This document shows, in pieces, positions 40,409-49,834 of a stretch of 64,000 nucleotides of DNA. The first letter of the stretch is position 1; each line of letters begins with the position of its first letter. The translations under genes and the position numbers were made by a program. Source of the stretch: Candidatus Rifleibacteriota bacterium. GTDB lineage: Bacteria; Muiribacteriota; Ozemobacteria; Ozemobacterales; Ozemobacteraceae. Below the pieces are notes generated by a model. That model did not search any database. It worked only from the letters and a program-made list of their open reading frames with translations, and was not told where the DNA came from. The stretch covers positions 3,086 to 67,085 of the forward strand of contig JAQVCG010000002.1 in the NCBI GenBank assembly GCA_028689875.1. Direction: 5' to 3'.

Positions 40409-41380
40409 ATGAGGCAAACTTTTCTGAACTCTAACTCGGCTAATTTCGAGACCTTGATGTATGCCACATACTACGCGCCGCGAGGGCGTCCGCGAATGTA
40501 TAACCTTGGCAGTTTGCTCTCTAACAGATATTTGAGGCCAACTGACTTGGTTATCGGCATTATTGGGGCAGAAGGATCAGGAAAGTCTACGCTCATAAAG
40601 GGCTTGTTTCCTGGACTAGAGCTCACTAACGACGATGACGGGGTCAACATGAAATCGGCGCCGATTTATGATTTTCATCCCGATAATTATTTCGCGCCCC
40701 ATACTTTTCATCTCGATATTCGCTATGAACTGGCCTTTCATCAGCCGTTTGAAATTATAGAAGCTGTGAATAATGCAATCGAGAACGGCAGACGTGTGAT
40801 AATGGAACACTTCGATTTGATATTTGATCAGTTAGGGTATAACGCTCAGCTGATTTTTGCGATCGGAGAAGAACTTATCGTAGCACGCCCGACAGTCTTT
40901 GGTCCTTTCCCTGCAGAAATTAAAAAACACGCCGACAAATCAGCTGTGTTCAGAAGAATGGCTCACAGCGCCGAAGATATTACAAGCTACGTGCTTATGG
41001 TAGACTATAAATATACCCGAAAAGTATTACACTCAGACGTAAGGCACGGTTTTGTAATAAAGTTTCCTGAAAAGCCCGACATTCCGATTTCGGAGCTAGA
41101 AACAAAGGTAAATGCTATAATCGAAGAAAATAAAGCAATTAACTGTGCAGGAAAAGACAAAATCAATATTGGTGATTGGCAAATGTTTTGCACAGGCTCT
41201 AGAACGCATATGAAAAGCAGCGGCGAAATTAAAAATTTCAGACTGTGGCAAGATTATGTGTATGACCCAATTGCTAAAGAATATATGCTGGTTGGAATGG
41301 TCGGACCTAAACAGGGCGCCAGCATAACGGCTATTCATTATTTCGATGAAGATTATTTAAGCGGAAACACGCAGGAATGA
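40409..41380 (+). CDS. P-loop domain fused to an AlaRS/ThrRS second-additional (editing-like) domain
   Basis: Walker A IGIIGAEGSGKST; C-terminal RRMAHSAEDI, LETKVNAII.ENK.I and FCTGSRTHMKSSGEI, resembling the tRNA_SAD CGGTHV.nTgeI motif. Confidence 0.75.
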   Translation: MRQTFLNSNSANFETLMYATYYAPRGRPRMYNLGSLLSNRYLRPTDLVIGIIGAEGSGKSTLIKGLFPGLELTNDDDGVNMKSAPIYDFHPDNYFAPHTFHLDIRYELAFHQPFEIIEAVNNAIENGRRVIMEHFDLIFDQLGYNAQLIFAIGEELIVARPTVFGPFPAEIKKHADKSAVFRRMAHSAEDITSYVLMVDYKYTRKVLHSDVRHGFVIKFPEKPDIPISELETKVNAIIEENKAINCAGKDKINIGDWQMFCTGSRTHMKSSGEIKNFRLWQDYVYDPIAKEYMLVGMVGPKQGASITAIHYFDEDYLSGNTQE

Positions 41381-41393
41381 TCGCTTAATACAC

Positions 41394-41432
41394 AAAAAAA
41401 GACCCCGATAATTTATCGGGGTCTTTGCTTTT
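41394..41432. terminator. bidirectional intrinsic terminator between convergent genes
   Basis: AAAGACCCCGATAA-T-TTATCGGGGTCTTT (41398-41426) with A-run on the left and T-rich tail on the right. Confidence 0.88.
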
Positions 41433-41447
41433 ACGAAAAGACGATAA

Positions 41448-42473
41448 TCAGGGTATGATTATGTCATGAGTTAGACCTTCATCTGCGTTCTGAGGAACGG
41501 TTAAAGTAGTGCTTTCGTAGCGAAGTTCATTTCCGGGATCAGTGAATACTTTAATTTTATAAGATCCTGCCGGCAGTGTAAGTAGGTAGTTAATGCTACT
41601 TCCTGTTAACACTGCATAGGAAAGATCGCCTTGAACTATCTCGCCTGTTGAAGCGTCTTCGACGCGAAGATCGTAAATAATAGTAGTGCCGGTGCCTACC
41701 AGACCTGTGCCGCTGACTGTGCCCGCTATTGAATATAGCTGACCGCGTTGCTGAAAAGCGTGTACAGCTTGAGTAAGATATTGGTTAATCGAATTTGCAA
41801 ATTCAGCGCCGTTATAAATATTTATCCCAGATGAGAGCAATGTTTCAATTTGTAATGTCAAAGAAGCTATCTGACTTTCATTAAAATTACTTAAGAAGTT
41901 TGAGAAAGTAACTGTCGCATCGTCTGCTTTCATTTTTTCAAAAAGCATCGCTTTTGCTGTTGAGTCAGGGTTTACATTGCAGGCTATTTCGTCGCCGCTG
42001 ATTGCGTTAATTTTTTGTTGTGTTGTTATAGTGAATAAAGATTTTAGTATCGGATTATCGGCAATAGTTACAACGATTTCATAATTCTCGGCCAGCAAAA
42101 GTGCTTTTAACATTTCTTTATCAGCATTTAAAGAAAGTGTTGCCCTTATTGCTGAGTCGTTTGGCGTTATATCAGATGCTTGAAAAGAATAATATACAGT
42201 TGAAACCCTTGCACCGTTTTCAAATTTGTAAACTGTTACAGTAGCAGATGCTAAATTAAATGGTGTCGTGTCGCCTCTTAACCCTGCTGCTCTTATAGAT
42301 GCGGCGAAGCTGTTAGAAAGGCTGATATCAAAGTCTAAGTCAACTGTTTTGTCTTTGACAGCAGAAAGTAGCGTATCTTCAAGGGTAGCTGTTGAGCTTG
42401 AACCCGAACTTCCGCAGCCTACGAAAGAAAGAGAAACAAAAGTCACCAAAATAAGCAAAACTAGTTTTTTCAA
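41448..42473 (-). CDS. hypothetical lipoprotein
   Basis: Likely TTG start at 42473 after GAGGTG; MKKLVLL..LSFVG|C lipobox; Ser/Gly linker; beta-rich C-terminal domain (YSIAGTV...LPAGSYKI). Confidence 0.8.
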   Translation of the reverse strand: MKKLVLLILVTFVSLSFVGCGSSGSSSTATLEDTLLSAVKDKTVDLDFDISLSNSFAASIRAAGLRGDTTPFNLASATVTVYKFENGARVSTVYYSFQASDITPNDSAIRATLSLNADKEMLKALLLAENYEIVVTIADNPILKSLFTITTQQKINAISGDEIACNVNPDSTAKAMLFEKMKADDATVTFSNFLSNFNESQIASLTLQIETLLSSGINIYNGAEFANSINQYLTQAVHAFQQRGQLYSIAGTVSGTGLVGTGTTIIYDLRVEDASTGEIVQGDLSYAVLTGSSINYLLTLPAGSYKIKVFTDPGNELRYESTTLTVPQNADEGLTHDIIIP

Positions 42474-42514
42474 AGTACACACCTCTATAAGTAGAATAAA
42501 ACAAACACAAGTAT

Positions 42515-42543
42515 ATTTTACATGTTTTTGTGTGTCGTTGCAA
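42515..42543 (-). promoter_or_regulatory. sigma70-type promoter of the lipoprotein gene
   Basis: TTGCAA-N17-TAAAAT on the minus strand. Confidence 0.5.
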
Positions 42544-42555
42544 CCCCTAATTGCC

Positions 42556-43272
42556 TTAAATAACCGTTTTAAACCCCAACTTTAATAATAAATTAGTGAA
42601 ATCATCGTGCAAATTTGCTTTTAAATTCATTTCTTGCCCCGTTGTGGGGTGCACAAAGCTTAGCTCTTTTGCGTGTAGCATCAGCCTGTTTAAACCAAAT
42701 TTTTCGGCTAATATTCTATTATGAAACCCGTCACCATGTTGATGGTCACCTATCATATGATGAAAAATATGCTTCATGTGCCTTCTTATTTGTCTGCTTC
42801 TACCCGTAAGAGGTGTAATTTCAAGCAACGAATATCTCGAAGTAGGGTGGGGCCTTACCGGAACATCAATCTCTACTTTTTCAAGCAGTTTATATTCTGT
42901 AATGGCTTCTTTCGCCTCTTGCTGCTTGCTCTTCTTTTTGTCGGTCATTTTATCCCACAAATCTTTAAGCGGATAATTAATTACCTCATGTTCTTCTGTA
43001 AACCCTCTCACCAACCCCCAATATTTTTTCTCAACCTCGCGGCTCATAAAGGCTTCGCCCAATTTCTTAGCAACATCTGCCGACAAACCAAATAGCAATA
43101 TTCCCGAAGTAGGCTTATCTAACCTGTGAACCGGGTAAACTAACTGTCCGAGCATATCACGCACAATATGCATTGCGCTTTCAGTCTCATATTTATCGAT
43201 TAAACTCGGGTGCACGAGCAGTCCCGCAGGCTTGTTTATTGCTACAATGTCTTCATCACGATATATAATCAT
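42556..43272 (-). CDS. truC: tRNA pseudouridine synthase C-like enzyme
   Basis: NKPAGLLVH, HRLDKPTSG, VRGF, TSRYSLL...P.TGR..QIRRHMKHIFH..IGD..HGD; no S4 domain. Confidence 0.85.
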   Translation of the reverse strand: MIIYRDEDIVAINKPAGLLVHPSLIDKYETESAMHIVRDMLGQLVYPVHRLDKPTSGILLFGLSADVAKKLGEAFMSREVEKKYWGLVRGFTEEHEVINYPLKDLWDKMTDKKKSKQQEAKEAITEYKLLEKVEIDVPVRPHPTSRYSLLEITPLTGRSRQIRRHMKHIFHHMIGDHQHGDGFHNRILAEKFGLNRLMLHAKELSFVHPTTGQEMNLKANLHDDFTNLLLKLGFKTVI

Positions 43273-44294
43273 TAGTTGAAAACACGCTTCAAAGTTTCTT
43301 TTGTATCCTTTTTGAACTCTGCCTGTAACTTTTCCGGCCTAACCTGCTTAACAGAAGTAATCTCGCCGTTCTCATCGAATGAAACTAGAGTCGAAAAAAG
43401 TCCGTCTGTTTCTGACAGCATTGCGCCGTATCTCATATCAAAAAATCTCACCTGAGGCAAACCCGATTCATTTATTGAGCTGCTTGCTCTAACCATATCC
43501 ATCGCAAAAAGCTTGAACAACTTGCTGTGCTCGTGTGCTGAAGCCTTTTGAACATATTCGCCTTTGTCAGATTTCGCCAATCGCATCGGAGCAATAGGCA
43601 CATCTGAACCTTTTTTTAAGTAAGTAACCATAAAATCACCGTTAGCATCGCGCCCCACAACCCTAAAAATACTTATGTTCATAATTGTTGGCATTGCACG
43701 CACTTCAACAGCTTCAAATCCCTGCTGTTGAAACATATTTTTGCCTACTTCCGCCAAATGCTGCGAATTATGATAGCCCCACGCTGAGTAGCCAAGGCTT
43801 AATCCTAACGCCGCAATAGAAAGCAGCTTAACTTTTTTCGGTTGAGCTAAACCAAATATCCCCAAAATAGTCACAATCAACAATGGCATCGAAACAACTA
43901 AATCCAGTATGGAAACACAATCAATGGCAAATCGCTTATCGGTTATGGGCCAAAGCATCGCCGTGCCATAGCTGGTAAACCAATCTATAATAGGGTGGGT
44001 GACCAACGCAAGCATCGTTATAACTATCCATTCCCGCTTTTTTAAACCATTTTTCGCCATATTACCAACAAAAATTCCAAGCGGAATCGCAAAGATAAAG
44101 GTCAGAATTATCGAGTGAGTCGGCCCCCTATGATACTTTAAAGAAGCCCAAGGCCCCCACAAACGTGCAATTACATCAAAATCCGGCAAAAGGCCCAAAA
44201 TAAAGCCGTAAATACTGACCTTTTTGCCGCCTTTATGTCCGTAAGCAGCCTGAGAAACCGCCGCACCCAATAATCCTTGTGTCACTAAATCCAT
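43272..44294 (-). CDS. inner-membrane metal-dependent hydrolase (YdjM/DUF457 family)
   Basis: MDLVTQGLLGAA, LPDFD, HRGPTHS, HPIIDWFTSYGT, FDMRY. Confidence 0.88.
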   Translation of the reverse strand: MDLVTQGLLGAAVSQAAYGHKGGKKVSIYGFILGLLPDFDVIARLWGPWASLKYHRGPTHSIILTFIFAIPLGIFVGNMAKNGLKKREWIVITMLALVTHPIIDWFTSYGTAMLWPITDKRFAIDCVSILDLVVSMPLLIVTILGIFGLAQPKKVKLLSIAALGLSLGYSAWGYHNSQHLAEVGKNMFQQQGFEAVEVRAMPTIMNISIFRVVGRDANGDFMVTYLKKGSDVPIAPMRLAKSDKGEYVQKASAHEHSKLFKLFAMDMVRASSSINESGLPQVRFFDMRYGAMLSETDGLFSTLVSFDENGEITSVKQVRPEKLQAEFKKDTKETLKRVFN

Positions 44295-44295
44295 T

Positions 44296-46374
44296 TTATA
44301 ATCCTAACGTTTGTCGTAATAATGGCTTCACAGAAGCATCCCGACCCCTAAACATGCGAAAAACTTCCGCAGGGTGTTTGCTGCCGCCAAGCGCTAAAAC
44401 AGTGTCTCTGAAACGCTTGCCGGTTCGCGCAACAGCTTCTTTGTTATCGGTGCCCTCCTCAATAAAGGCCTCGTAAGCATCGGCACTAAGCACCTCTGCC
44501 CACTTGTAGCTATAATAACCTGCCGCATAGCCGCCCGCAAAAATATGCGTAAACGCACAAAGAAACATATCGTTTTCGTATGGTTGCAACACGCAAGTCT
44601 CGGTTGCAATTCTTCTAAAAGCATCAAATGGTGTTTCTGTGCCATTTATGTCGTAGTCACCGTGTAAATATAGATCTGCTTTCGCAAAAGTGAGCTGTCT
44701 CTGCATCTGATATGCCGCTCGGTAGTTTTGCGATTCTTTTAATTTTTCATAAAGTTCTTTGGAAAGGGGCAAACCGGTTTTGTAGTGCCGTGCCATCTCT
44801 TCTACTGTAGCCTGCTCGGTGCACCAATTTTCCATAAACTGGCTTGCAAGCTCAACCGCATCCCATTCTATGCCTGAAACGCCCGCAGCGTCGGCCTCAT
44901 CAACCGTGGTGAGCATTCCTTGCAATGCATGCCCAAACTCATGAAACAGCGTATTTACTTCGTAAAAACTCATAAGCGACGGTTCAGAACCAATCGGAGG
45001 AGTTCCGTTGCATATTACATATACCACAGGCCGTACCAGCTTGCCGTTAGTAATACGGCGATTGCGGCAAGTGTTCATCCATGCGCCGCCGCGCTTTTCA
45101 GAAGGACGCGAATATGGGTCTAAGAAGAAATGCGCAATCATTTCGTTCTTTTCGTCAAATACATTGTAAAATCTGACATCTTCGTGCCAAGTCGGAATCT
45201 TAGGGTATTCAGAGGTTTTTATAGTTATGCCGAACAGTCTTGTGCATAAGTTAAACATAGCATCTAAAACTTGCGGCATCGGAAAATAAGGCTTGAGCTG
45301 CTCTTCTGTGAATGAAAAAAGCTTTTCGCGCATGCGTTCTGACCAATACATCATGTCCCAGGGCATTAGTTTTTCTTTAAAACCGCTTTTAGTCGCAAAC
45401 TTTTGTAGTTCTTCATGCTCCTTTTGGGCAGAAGCCGCCGCAGCTTCTTCTAGTTTAGCAAACATTTCAAAAACGTTTTCAGCCTTTTGAGCCATTTTAC
45501 TGCTTAAACTTAGTTCTGCATGGTTTTTGTAGCCAAGCATTTGTGCTTTTTCATTTCTAAGACTTAGAATTTCTCGAATTAGCCCGGAATTGTCAAACTC
45601 CCCTTCAGAGGCTCTTGTTGTGTATGCGTGATATAGCTCAAAACGTCGATTGCGATTTTTAGAATGCTGCATAAAAGGTATATAACAAGATTGATCAAGG
45701 GTTATAAGCCACGGACCTTCATTGTAATCAAGGTTTGCCGAAGTTTTATTTGCTTTCTTTTGCCAAGCCGAATGCGTAAGCTTTTTTAATGATTCAGGCC
45801 AACCGTCAGTTTCATCTTTCTCTGTTATCGTTAATGAATAAGCTTTAGTCGCATCTAAGACATTGTTTGTAAACTTGTTTGAGGCTTCGTTTAAACGTTT
45901 TATTATGTTATTAAATTTTTCTCTGTCACTATCGTTTAAACCTATACCGCATTTTTCAGCTGATAAAATCTGCTTATCGATTATGCGCTGCTTTGAGCTA
46001 GATAGTTTTTCATATTCAGGGCTTGATTGAAGCTTTTTTAGTGCCTTGTAAATAGGAACACTTTGAGATAATTGTAACGAGATTTTTGTGCACTCAGGCA
46101 TTAGCAAATCGTAAACTTTGCGAAGTTCATTTGAATTTTTTACGCTCTTAAGGTGACCTAAGATTTGCCAAGTATATTCAAAATCAAGATCTATTTCTTC
46201 AAAAGGCTTGAAAAGTGCATCCCAGGTTGGCTGTGCATTGTCTTCAACTTGTTTTAATACTTTTTTTGTTTTTTCAAATACTTCAAGAACTGCCGGTTCA
46301 AAATGCTCGGCAGTGATTTCATCAAATAAAGGCAGTCCTATGCGCCTAGAGAGTGGGTTATTATTTGTGCTCAT
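44296..46374 (-). CDS. prlC: oligopeptidase A (M3 family), copy 1
   Basis: KRGGAWM, zinc motif FHEFGH, WDAVELASQFMENW, HIFAGGYAAGYYSYKWAEVL. Confidence 0.95.
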   Translation of the reverse strand: MSTNNNPLSRRIGLPLFDEITAEHFEPAVLEVFEKTKKVLKQVEDNAQPTWDALFKPFEEIDLDFEYTWQILGHLKSVKNSNELRKVYDLLMPECTKISLQLSQSVPIYKALKKLQSSPEYEKLSSSKQRIIDKQILSAEKCGIGLNDSDREKFNNIIKRLNEASNKFTNNVLDATKAYSLTITEKDETDGWPESLKKLTHSAWQKKANKTSANLDYNEGPWLITLDQSCYIPFMQHSKNRNRRFELYHAYTTRASEGEFDNSGLIREILSLRNEKAQMLGYKNHAELSLSSKMAQKAENVFEMFAKLEEAAAASAQKEHEELQKFATKSGFKEKLMPWDMMYWSERMREKLFSFTEEQLKPYFPMPQVLDAMFNLCTRLFGITIKTSEYPKIPTWHEDVRFYNVFDEKNEMIAHFFLDPYSRPSEKRGGAWMNTCRNRRITNGKLVRPVVYVICNGTPPIGSEPSLMSFYEVNTLFHEFGHALQGMLTTVDEADAAGVSGIEWDAVELASQFMENWCTEQATVEEMARHYKTGLPLSKELYEKLKESQNYRAAYQMQRQLTFAKADLYLHGDYDINGTETPFDAFRRIATETCVLQPYENDMFLCAFTHIFAGGYAAGYYSYKWAEVLSADAYEAFIEEGTDNKEAVARTGKRFRDTVLALGGSKHPAEVFRMFRGRDASVKPLLRQTLGL

Positions 46375-46445
46375 TTTATACCTTTCGGTTGTTTTACTGT
46401 GACTAAAATATTTTGAAAACCATAACTTACAACCCGTTTCACGCT

Positions 46446-46474
46446 ATTTTACATTTATTTAACAAGAATTTCAA
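46446..46474 (-). promoter_or_regulatory. sigma70-type promoter of prlC copy 1
   Basis: TTGAAA-N17-TAAAAT on the minus strand. Confidence 0.5.
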
Positions 46475-46482
46475 TTATTTCT

Positions 46483-46510
46483 AATATACGCAATCATATT
46501 TATATGAACT
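46483..46510. other. dif-like 28-bp site (candidate Xer recombination site)
   Basis: AATATACGCAA-TCATAT-TTATATGAACT in 11-6-11 layout; right arm matches the B. subtilis dif arm TTATGTAAACT at 9 of 11 positions. Confidence 0.3.
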
Positions 46511-46531
46511 TAACTTTCAAGCTTCTGTTTT

Positions 46532-46560
46532 TTGACTTTGAAGATTTAAAGTGTTAAATT
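46532..46560 (+). promoter_or_regulatory. sigma70-type promoter, probably leaderless, for the GspE-like operon
   Basis: TTGACT-N17-TAAATT with TGn extension, 6 nt before ATG 46567. Confidence 0.55.
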
Positions 46561-46566
46561 CAATAT

Positions 46567-47829
46567 ATGGTGAATATCGCTTATGCAAATAATTTGGGTG
46601 TGCTAAACTTGCCCCTCGAGTATAACCCGGGAAAACTAAAAAAAATCTTGGGTGCTTTGCCATTCGTCATTGAAGCAAACGGTATCAGAATTCTTGACCA
46701 CGAACCAATTGATTATAACGATATTATATCTGTCTCAGCTAACTCGGTTTATCTTGAAATCTTAAACCGAAATAACTCAGTTTTTAGGTTGAACTGCGGT
46801 TTTAAAGCGAAAAAATTCGCTGAACTTATTGAAATTGTAAAAAACGAAAATTCTGAGTATGCAAAATATTCCGATGAGCTTGAAACAGTTGATTTAAATG
46901 ATTCATTTGTTTTCGTAAAAAATATCCTGGAATTTAGAACGTTACCTTACGTGCGTGCTGTTAACTTCATTTTAAAAATTGCAATCGTAAAAAATTTGTC
47001 CGACATTCACTTTGAACCGACAGAATCAAACGAGATAAACCTCACCGTAAGGCAATCAGGACAAATAATCAAAGTTGTCTCATTAGAAAAGCATAAATAC
47101 GAAAGACTCGTAGCCAGGTTGAAATATTTGTCTAAATGTCTTTCTCACGTTGATGATATTGCTCAAGAAGGCTCTTTTAAGCATTCTAATATAGATGTGA
47201 GGCTGTCGACCTTTCCAACAGATAATGGTGAAAGAATCTCCTTAAGAATTATTAACACAATCAAATTTTTATCCCTAAATTCTCTGGGCTGGTCTGACAA
47301 ACAAGCTAGTATTTGGCTTGATTCAATTAAATGCAACAGAGGTCTATACATAATCTCAGGAAGAGTAGGAAGCGGCAAAACCACCGCCATGTATTCTTCG
47401 CTATATGAGCTTTCTATTTTAGGCGACCATTTAAGAGCAGTAACAATAGAAGACCCTGTTGAGTCATTTATCCCAGGAATATGCCAAGCATCTTTGTCTT
47501 CTATGAAAGAAAAATCATTGGCAAATGCTTTTAAACATATTTTGCGGCAAGATCCCAATATTATCGCCCTCGGAGAAATAAGAGACAGTAATTGTGTTAA
47601 AGAAGTCTTACAGGCTTCTTTGTCGGGGCATTTAATTTTTGCGACTTTTCATGCCGGTTCTATAGATGAAACTGTGGCAAGACTTAAACAAATGTCCTCA
47701 GACGAAAATATAGTATTAGCTGGCCTGAAAGGTATATTACACCTGGAATTAAAAAGAGAAGGGCAGGTATTGTGCCCCGAAGTTCATTTTGCGAAAATTT
47801 GTGAAAGCAAGCTGGAGCAAGTATTCTGA
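46567..47829 (+). CDS. GspE/PulE/ComGA-family secretion ATPase (short form)
   Basis: SDIHFEP, DVRLSTFPT..GERI.LRI, Walker A GRVGSGKTT, TIEDPVE, ILRQDPNII.LGEIRD, SGHLIFATFHA. Confidence 0.9.
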   Translation: MVNIAYANNLGVLNLPLEYNPGKLKKILGALPFVIEANGIRILDHEPIDYNDIISVSANSVYLEILNRNNSVFRLNCGFKAKKFAELIEIVKNENSEYAKYSDELETVDLNDSFVFVKNILEFRTLPYVRAVNFILKIAIVKNLSDIHFEPTESNEINLTVRQSGQIIKVVSLEKHKYERLVARLKYLSKCLSHVDDIAQEGSFKHSNIDVRLSTFPTDNGERISLRIINTIKFLSLNSLGWSDKQASIWLDSIKCNRGLYIISGRVGSGKTTAMYSSLYELSILGDHLRAVTIEDPVESFIPGICQASLSSMKEKSLANAFKHILRQDPNIIALGEIRDSNCVKEVLQASLSGHLIFATFHAGSIDETVARLKQMSSDENIVLAGLKGILHLELKREGQVLCPEVHFAKICESKLEQVF

Positions 47830-48827
47830 TGAAAAACTTAGGAATGGGTCTTTCCGGTTCTAAGAGCATCGATATGTTTGTTTTACATTTCGGTTCTCTT
47901 TTGTTAAACAAAAAGTCTATAAATTCCGCTCTGAGAGCTCTTGACGATGATAAAACTCCCAGATATATTTCATCGAGAGCCGTAAAAATGGTTGAATATC
48001 TGGAATCAGGCAATGTGGCTGATTATAACGTTTTTAAAAAAGCTTTTCCTTTTTTGCCTGATCGCGTCATACACATAATTTCTTTGCCGATTTCTGACCG
48101 CACAAAGGGAATATTGCTAGTTAATTGGAAATATATAAAATTTAGTGTAAAGACTTTATTCAGCTATATTTATGCCCCGATTCTATCAGTGTCTTTTGGT
48201 TGCTTTATTTTCAGATCTTGCGCGCTTTTTGCTTTTCCTCAATTAAAGGAAATTATGTATGGATTAAATGTTGAGCAGTCTCATTACGCAGAATTTCTAT
48301 TAGGCTCTGTTCTTGCTGAAGGATCTGCAGGAATTGTAATTATGATTCCTGTAGTTTTATTCTGTTTATTAATGCTGTTTGCAATAATTATTTTATTTGT
48401 CAAAGGTGCAAACAAGCTTCAAGACAGAGCAAACTTATTGCGAATGCTTGCTGTTTTGCCTTTTAACGAACGATTGTCGGTTCTGGCAATGATGTCAGAA
48501 AAGCAGGTTTATAGGTCAGAATATTCAATTTATAAAGACTTTACTAATCTCTTGAACGAAGGTGTTGACATAAATTCAGCTGCTGCCAGAGCAGGCTTAA
48601 ATTCTCAACTGGTTTGGCTCATGCACCCTGCTTTAAGAAACGAGACTTCTTCAGATGTGATATTCGATGTTGCGGTAATATTTGAAAAAAGATTGGAATA
48701 TCTGATTGCGAAAACCGGGCACACCTTGAGGTTTTTGGCAATATTATTTGAAGCAGTTTTATTCACATCTTGCGTTTGGATAATGTGTTCTTCATTATCA
48801 GCTATATTAGCGGGTGCAGTATTATGA
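47829..48827 (+). CDS. divergent GspF/PilC-like platform protein
   Basis: Coupled to the ATPase gene; two cytoplasmic lobes (LESG; LNEGVDINSA) each followed by TM segments; FPQLKEI after the first TM. Confidence 0.55.
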   Translation: MKNLGMGLSGSKSIDMFVLHFGSLLLNKKSINSALRALDDDKTPRYISSRAVKMVEYLESGNVADYNVFKKAFPFLPDRVIHIISLPISDRTKGILLVNWKYIKFSVKTLFSYIYAPILSVSFGCFIFRSCALFAFPQLKEIMYGLNVEQSHYAEFLLGSVLAEGSAGIVIMIPVVLFCLLMLFAIIILFVKGANKLQDRANLLRMLAVLPFNERLSVLAMMSEKQVYRSEYSIYKDFTNLLNEGVDINSAAARAGLNSQLVWLMHPALRNETSSDVIFDVAVIFEKRLEYLIAKTGHTLRFLAILFEAVLFTSCVWIMCSSLSAILAGAVL

Positions 48828-49834
48828 AAAATAAAGCAGATTATGCTCAAATAATTGAATTTTGTCAGATTATGCTGATTATATCAAAAAGCGAAGGTCG
48901 CACAAGCGGTTCTTTATCTGCATTACTTACAAAAGATAATGAAAATAAAGCCTCTCAGTGGGCAGTAACAATTTCACGAAATCTTGAACAAGGCAATTCT
49001 ATTGAAGAATCATGTCAAATTCTTGAGAATGTAGACCCCGTATTGAATAGATTGTTGCCTTTGATATTAAAAAAACAACTTTATTATTTATTAGAATCAT
49101 ATATTCGTTTTCTTACTTTTCTTGAATTATTGAAAGAAGATACGAAAAATGCATTGTTTTATCCTTTTATTTTGGCGTGTTTGCTATTTTTGAGCCTTTT
49201 GCAGCTTAATTATGTTTTATTTCCCGAAATGGCAAAAATAGTACAAGATTTTGGTGCGAATTCGCCTTTTCTGATGAACATTCTATTTTTTGCAGACAAA
49301 GCATATTGGCCACTATCTTTGCTAATTCCATTAGTCATTTTATTATTTTTATTCTTAACAACCATGTCAGTCATTAACGGCGGAATTTATGCTAATTCAT
49401 TCATAGCTAAAATTACCGGGATACAAAAAGCTCTGAGATTGCAGGAAATATCAAGAATTCAAAATTTGATAGGATTATATCTTTCATCAGGCGAAACACT
49501 TGAAAATACCATACAAACTGTGGCTGAGCTATGTACGCAACAAAATAAATCTTACCTCTTATTTGTTGCAAAAAAACTTGCTGAAGGAATTTCCCACGAG
49601 ATACTTTTTGAAGATTCTGAAATTTTTGACATTATGTTGGGTAATGAAGGTGATAATGATTTATCATCCAGATTTAAAATAGCCTCAGAGAATAATTACA
49701 AATCATCTAAATTCCTTATAAAAGCATATTCCGGTGTTATGACTATGTTCTCTTTGCTCGCAGCTTCTCTTCTTGTTGCATTGATTGTGTGCGCTACTTT
49801 TGATTCATATTATTGGTTGATGTGGAGTATTTAA
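48824..49834 (+). CDS. GspF/PilC-like platform protein
   Basis: ATGA-coupled start at 48824; LEQGNSIEES, ALFYP, LFPEMAKI, LSSGETL, LAEGIS; three TM segments. Confidence 0.7.
   Translation: MKNKADYAQIIEFCQIMLIISKSEGRTSGSLSALLTKDNENKASQWAVTISRNLEQGNSIEESCQILENVDPVLNRLLPLILKKQLYYLLESYIRFLTFLELLKEDTKNALFYPFILACLLFLSLLQLNYVLFPEMAKIVQDFGANSPFLMNILFFADKAYWPLSLLIPLVILLFLFLTTMSVINGGIYANSFIAKITGIQKALRLQEISRIQNLIGLYLSSGETLENTIQTVAELCTQQNKSYLLFVAKKLAEGISHEILFEDSEIFDIMLGNEGDNDLSSRFKIASENNYKSSKFLIKAYSGVMTMFSLLAASLLVALIVCATFDSYYWLMWSI

Noticed and set aside
47829..49834. A single gspF gene split by a frameshift
   Set aside because: Each ORF is ~330 aa with its own two-lobe/TM layout, and they are joined by a normal ATGA overlap
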